A stretch of DNA of 64,000 bases, from the NCBI RefSeq assembly GCF_006345805.1, contig NC_043003.1, positions 100,564,001-100,628,000 on the forward strand, given 5' to 3'. The position numbers and the translations under genes were made by a program. The stretch comes from Octopus sinensis. Its lineage: Eukaryota. How positions within the stretch are numbered: the stretch's first letter is position 1; each line of letters opens with the position of its first letter. Below the pieces are notes generated by a model that did not search any database, had not been told where the DNA came from, and was given only the letters and a program-made list of their open reading frames with translations. This document shows positions 62,856-64,000 of the stretch, piece by piece.

Positions 62856-64000
62856 AATTTTGAATTTAGTTCACAGACATTCAGTACTACCTTTGCAGAC
62901 CACCGGGGGTCTGTGGATCCCAGGTTGGGAACCACTGTTTTAGAGTTTACTGCTTTAAAAGAACTTTACAACATGAAATTGCAATAGCTAGACTATTCAA
63001 GAACTAAACCATTGACTATATCTGATCATTCTTCACTAAAAGACTAAATTTACATACACATTACAGGTTATATTGTATGTTATATGGTAAAAGTTTTATT
63101 AATCTCTGTGGTATTTTGTCAAAATATTATGATCTGTGTATAATGTCAGAACATTTACTGAATGTCAATATCTAATTTAGAGAGTATGTAACTAGAGTTC
63201 AAGGCTAAAAGAAAGACTATAACAAATGAATTAACTTGAAAATGTTTTTATATTGTGTTTTAATGAAATCAATCATTGTAGTAGTAAGACTAGTTATGTT
63301 TATATAGACAAAACAGCTGACATTCTATGCTGAAACAGAGCTCATTGAGAAAAACAACAACAATTTTAGTAAGTTGTCTAATTTGATAGTGTCCCAATGA
63401 CACAGTGATTTATTGGAGCACAGGTAAAAACTTTGATTGCATCTAGTAACCTAGGACAAATCAATTTGTTAAACACTCAATGAACTGATCTTAACACTAC
63501 TGAAAGCTATTGAAACACTTGTCAATTTTACACTATTCCCACTGTTTACAGCATAGAATTTTTAAACTCTATGATAAAATGTTTACAGCTAATTCAAACA
63601 GTGGAATAAATTTTATGATGAAATGAAGGGAAGCTTGATATTTTTAGGCAGAAGCCTTCATCAAACAAAGAAGATGAATAGATGCTGAAATAAAAATAGA
63701 GATTAATGACAGAGAAGAGGAAGGAGAGTTAAAGAGGAGGAGGGAGAGATAACATGTTATAGGTGGAGAGTAATGGTCAGAGAAAGGAGAAAATCTCAAA
63801 ATATTAGATTTTTCTTATGTCTTTTCACACAGCATGTGTGACAAGGCTGGACTTTTGAATCTGCATAGCACAAAATTATATCTCACTGTCTGAACTATTT
63901 CTATTAGTTTTTGCCAATGGAGACCATCACTAGCTTCAACTCACAGATTTTACAGTTTTATCATTGATAGGAGGGTTGATTTAGTAAAACTGTATAAGTC

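Larger units (their letters stand above)
59903..62937. mobile_element. hAT/Charlie-like MITE enlarged to ~3 kb by nested insertions
   Basis: TIRs TAGTGGTTCCCCAACC / GGTTGGGAACCACTG; 8-bp TSD CTTTAGAG (59895-902) / TTTTAGAG (62938-45). Confidence 0.8.

Noticed and set aside
62007-62935. Long YIYI/ICIY-rich ORFs (also at ~37850-38220, 45300-45640, 17000-17290, 7800-8465)
   Set aside because: Translations of (TA)n/(CA)n microsatellites; not coding

Overview
Repeat-saturated, AT-rich animal genomic DNA with long (TA)n/(CA)n microsatellites. It is most likely an octopod cephalopod, inferred from my recollection of the SINE and RTE families rather than from a search. Most ORF-track entries are microsatellite or antisense artefacts. 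Real content: (i) at least four families of Penelope-like retroelements (PLE; RT plus C-terminal GIY-YIG), one with an uninterrupted 656-codon ORF, mostly inserted in (TA)n and often with tail-out inverted arms; (ii) about ten type-I hammerhead ribozyme (HHR) motifs with palindromic helix III, read directly from the sequence; (iii) two related non-coding units of about 580 bp (15876-16641, 57968-58828), each with one HHR, a direct terminal redundancy and a 5' fold-back, which are candidate cephalopod retrozymes/circular-RNA elements and the most interesting signal here; (iv) a CR1-group LINE with an open 984-codon ORF2 whose 3' tail is shared with the tRNA/CORE-type SINE of the window; (v) RTE, Tx1-like, mariner, hAT-MITE and Helentron-type debris and a tRNA-Glu remnant; (vi) the last three coding exons of an unidentified minus-strand host gene (55865 to 52916), plus a possible 21-nt microexon. 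All coordinates, alignments and folds were done by eye.
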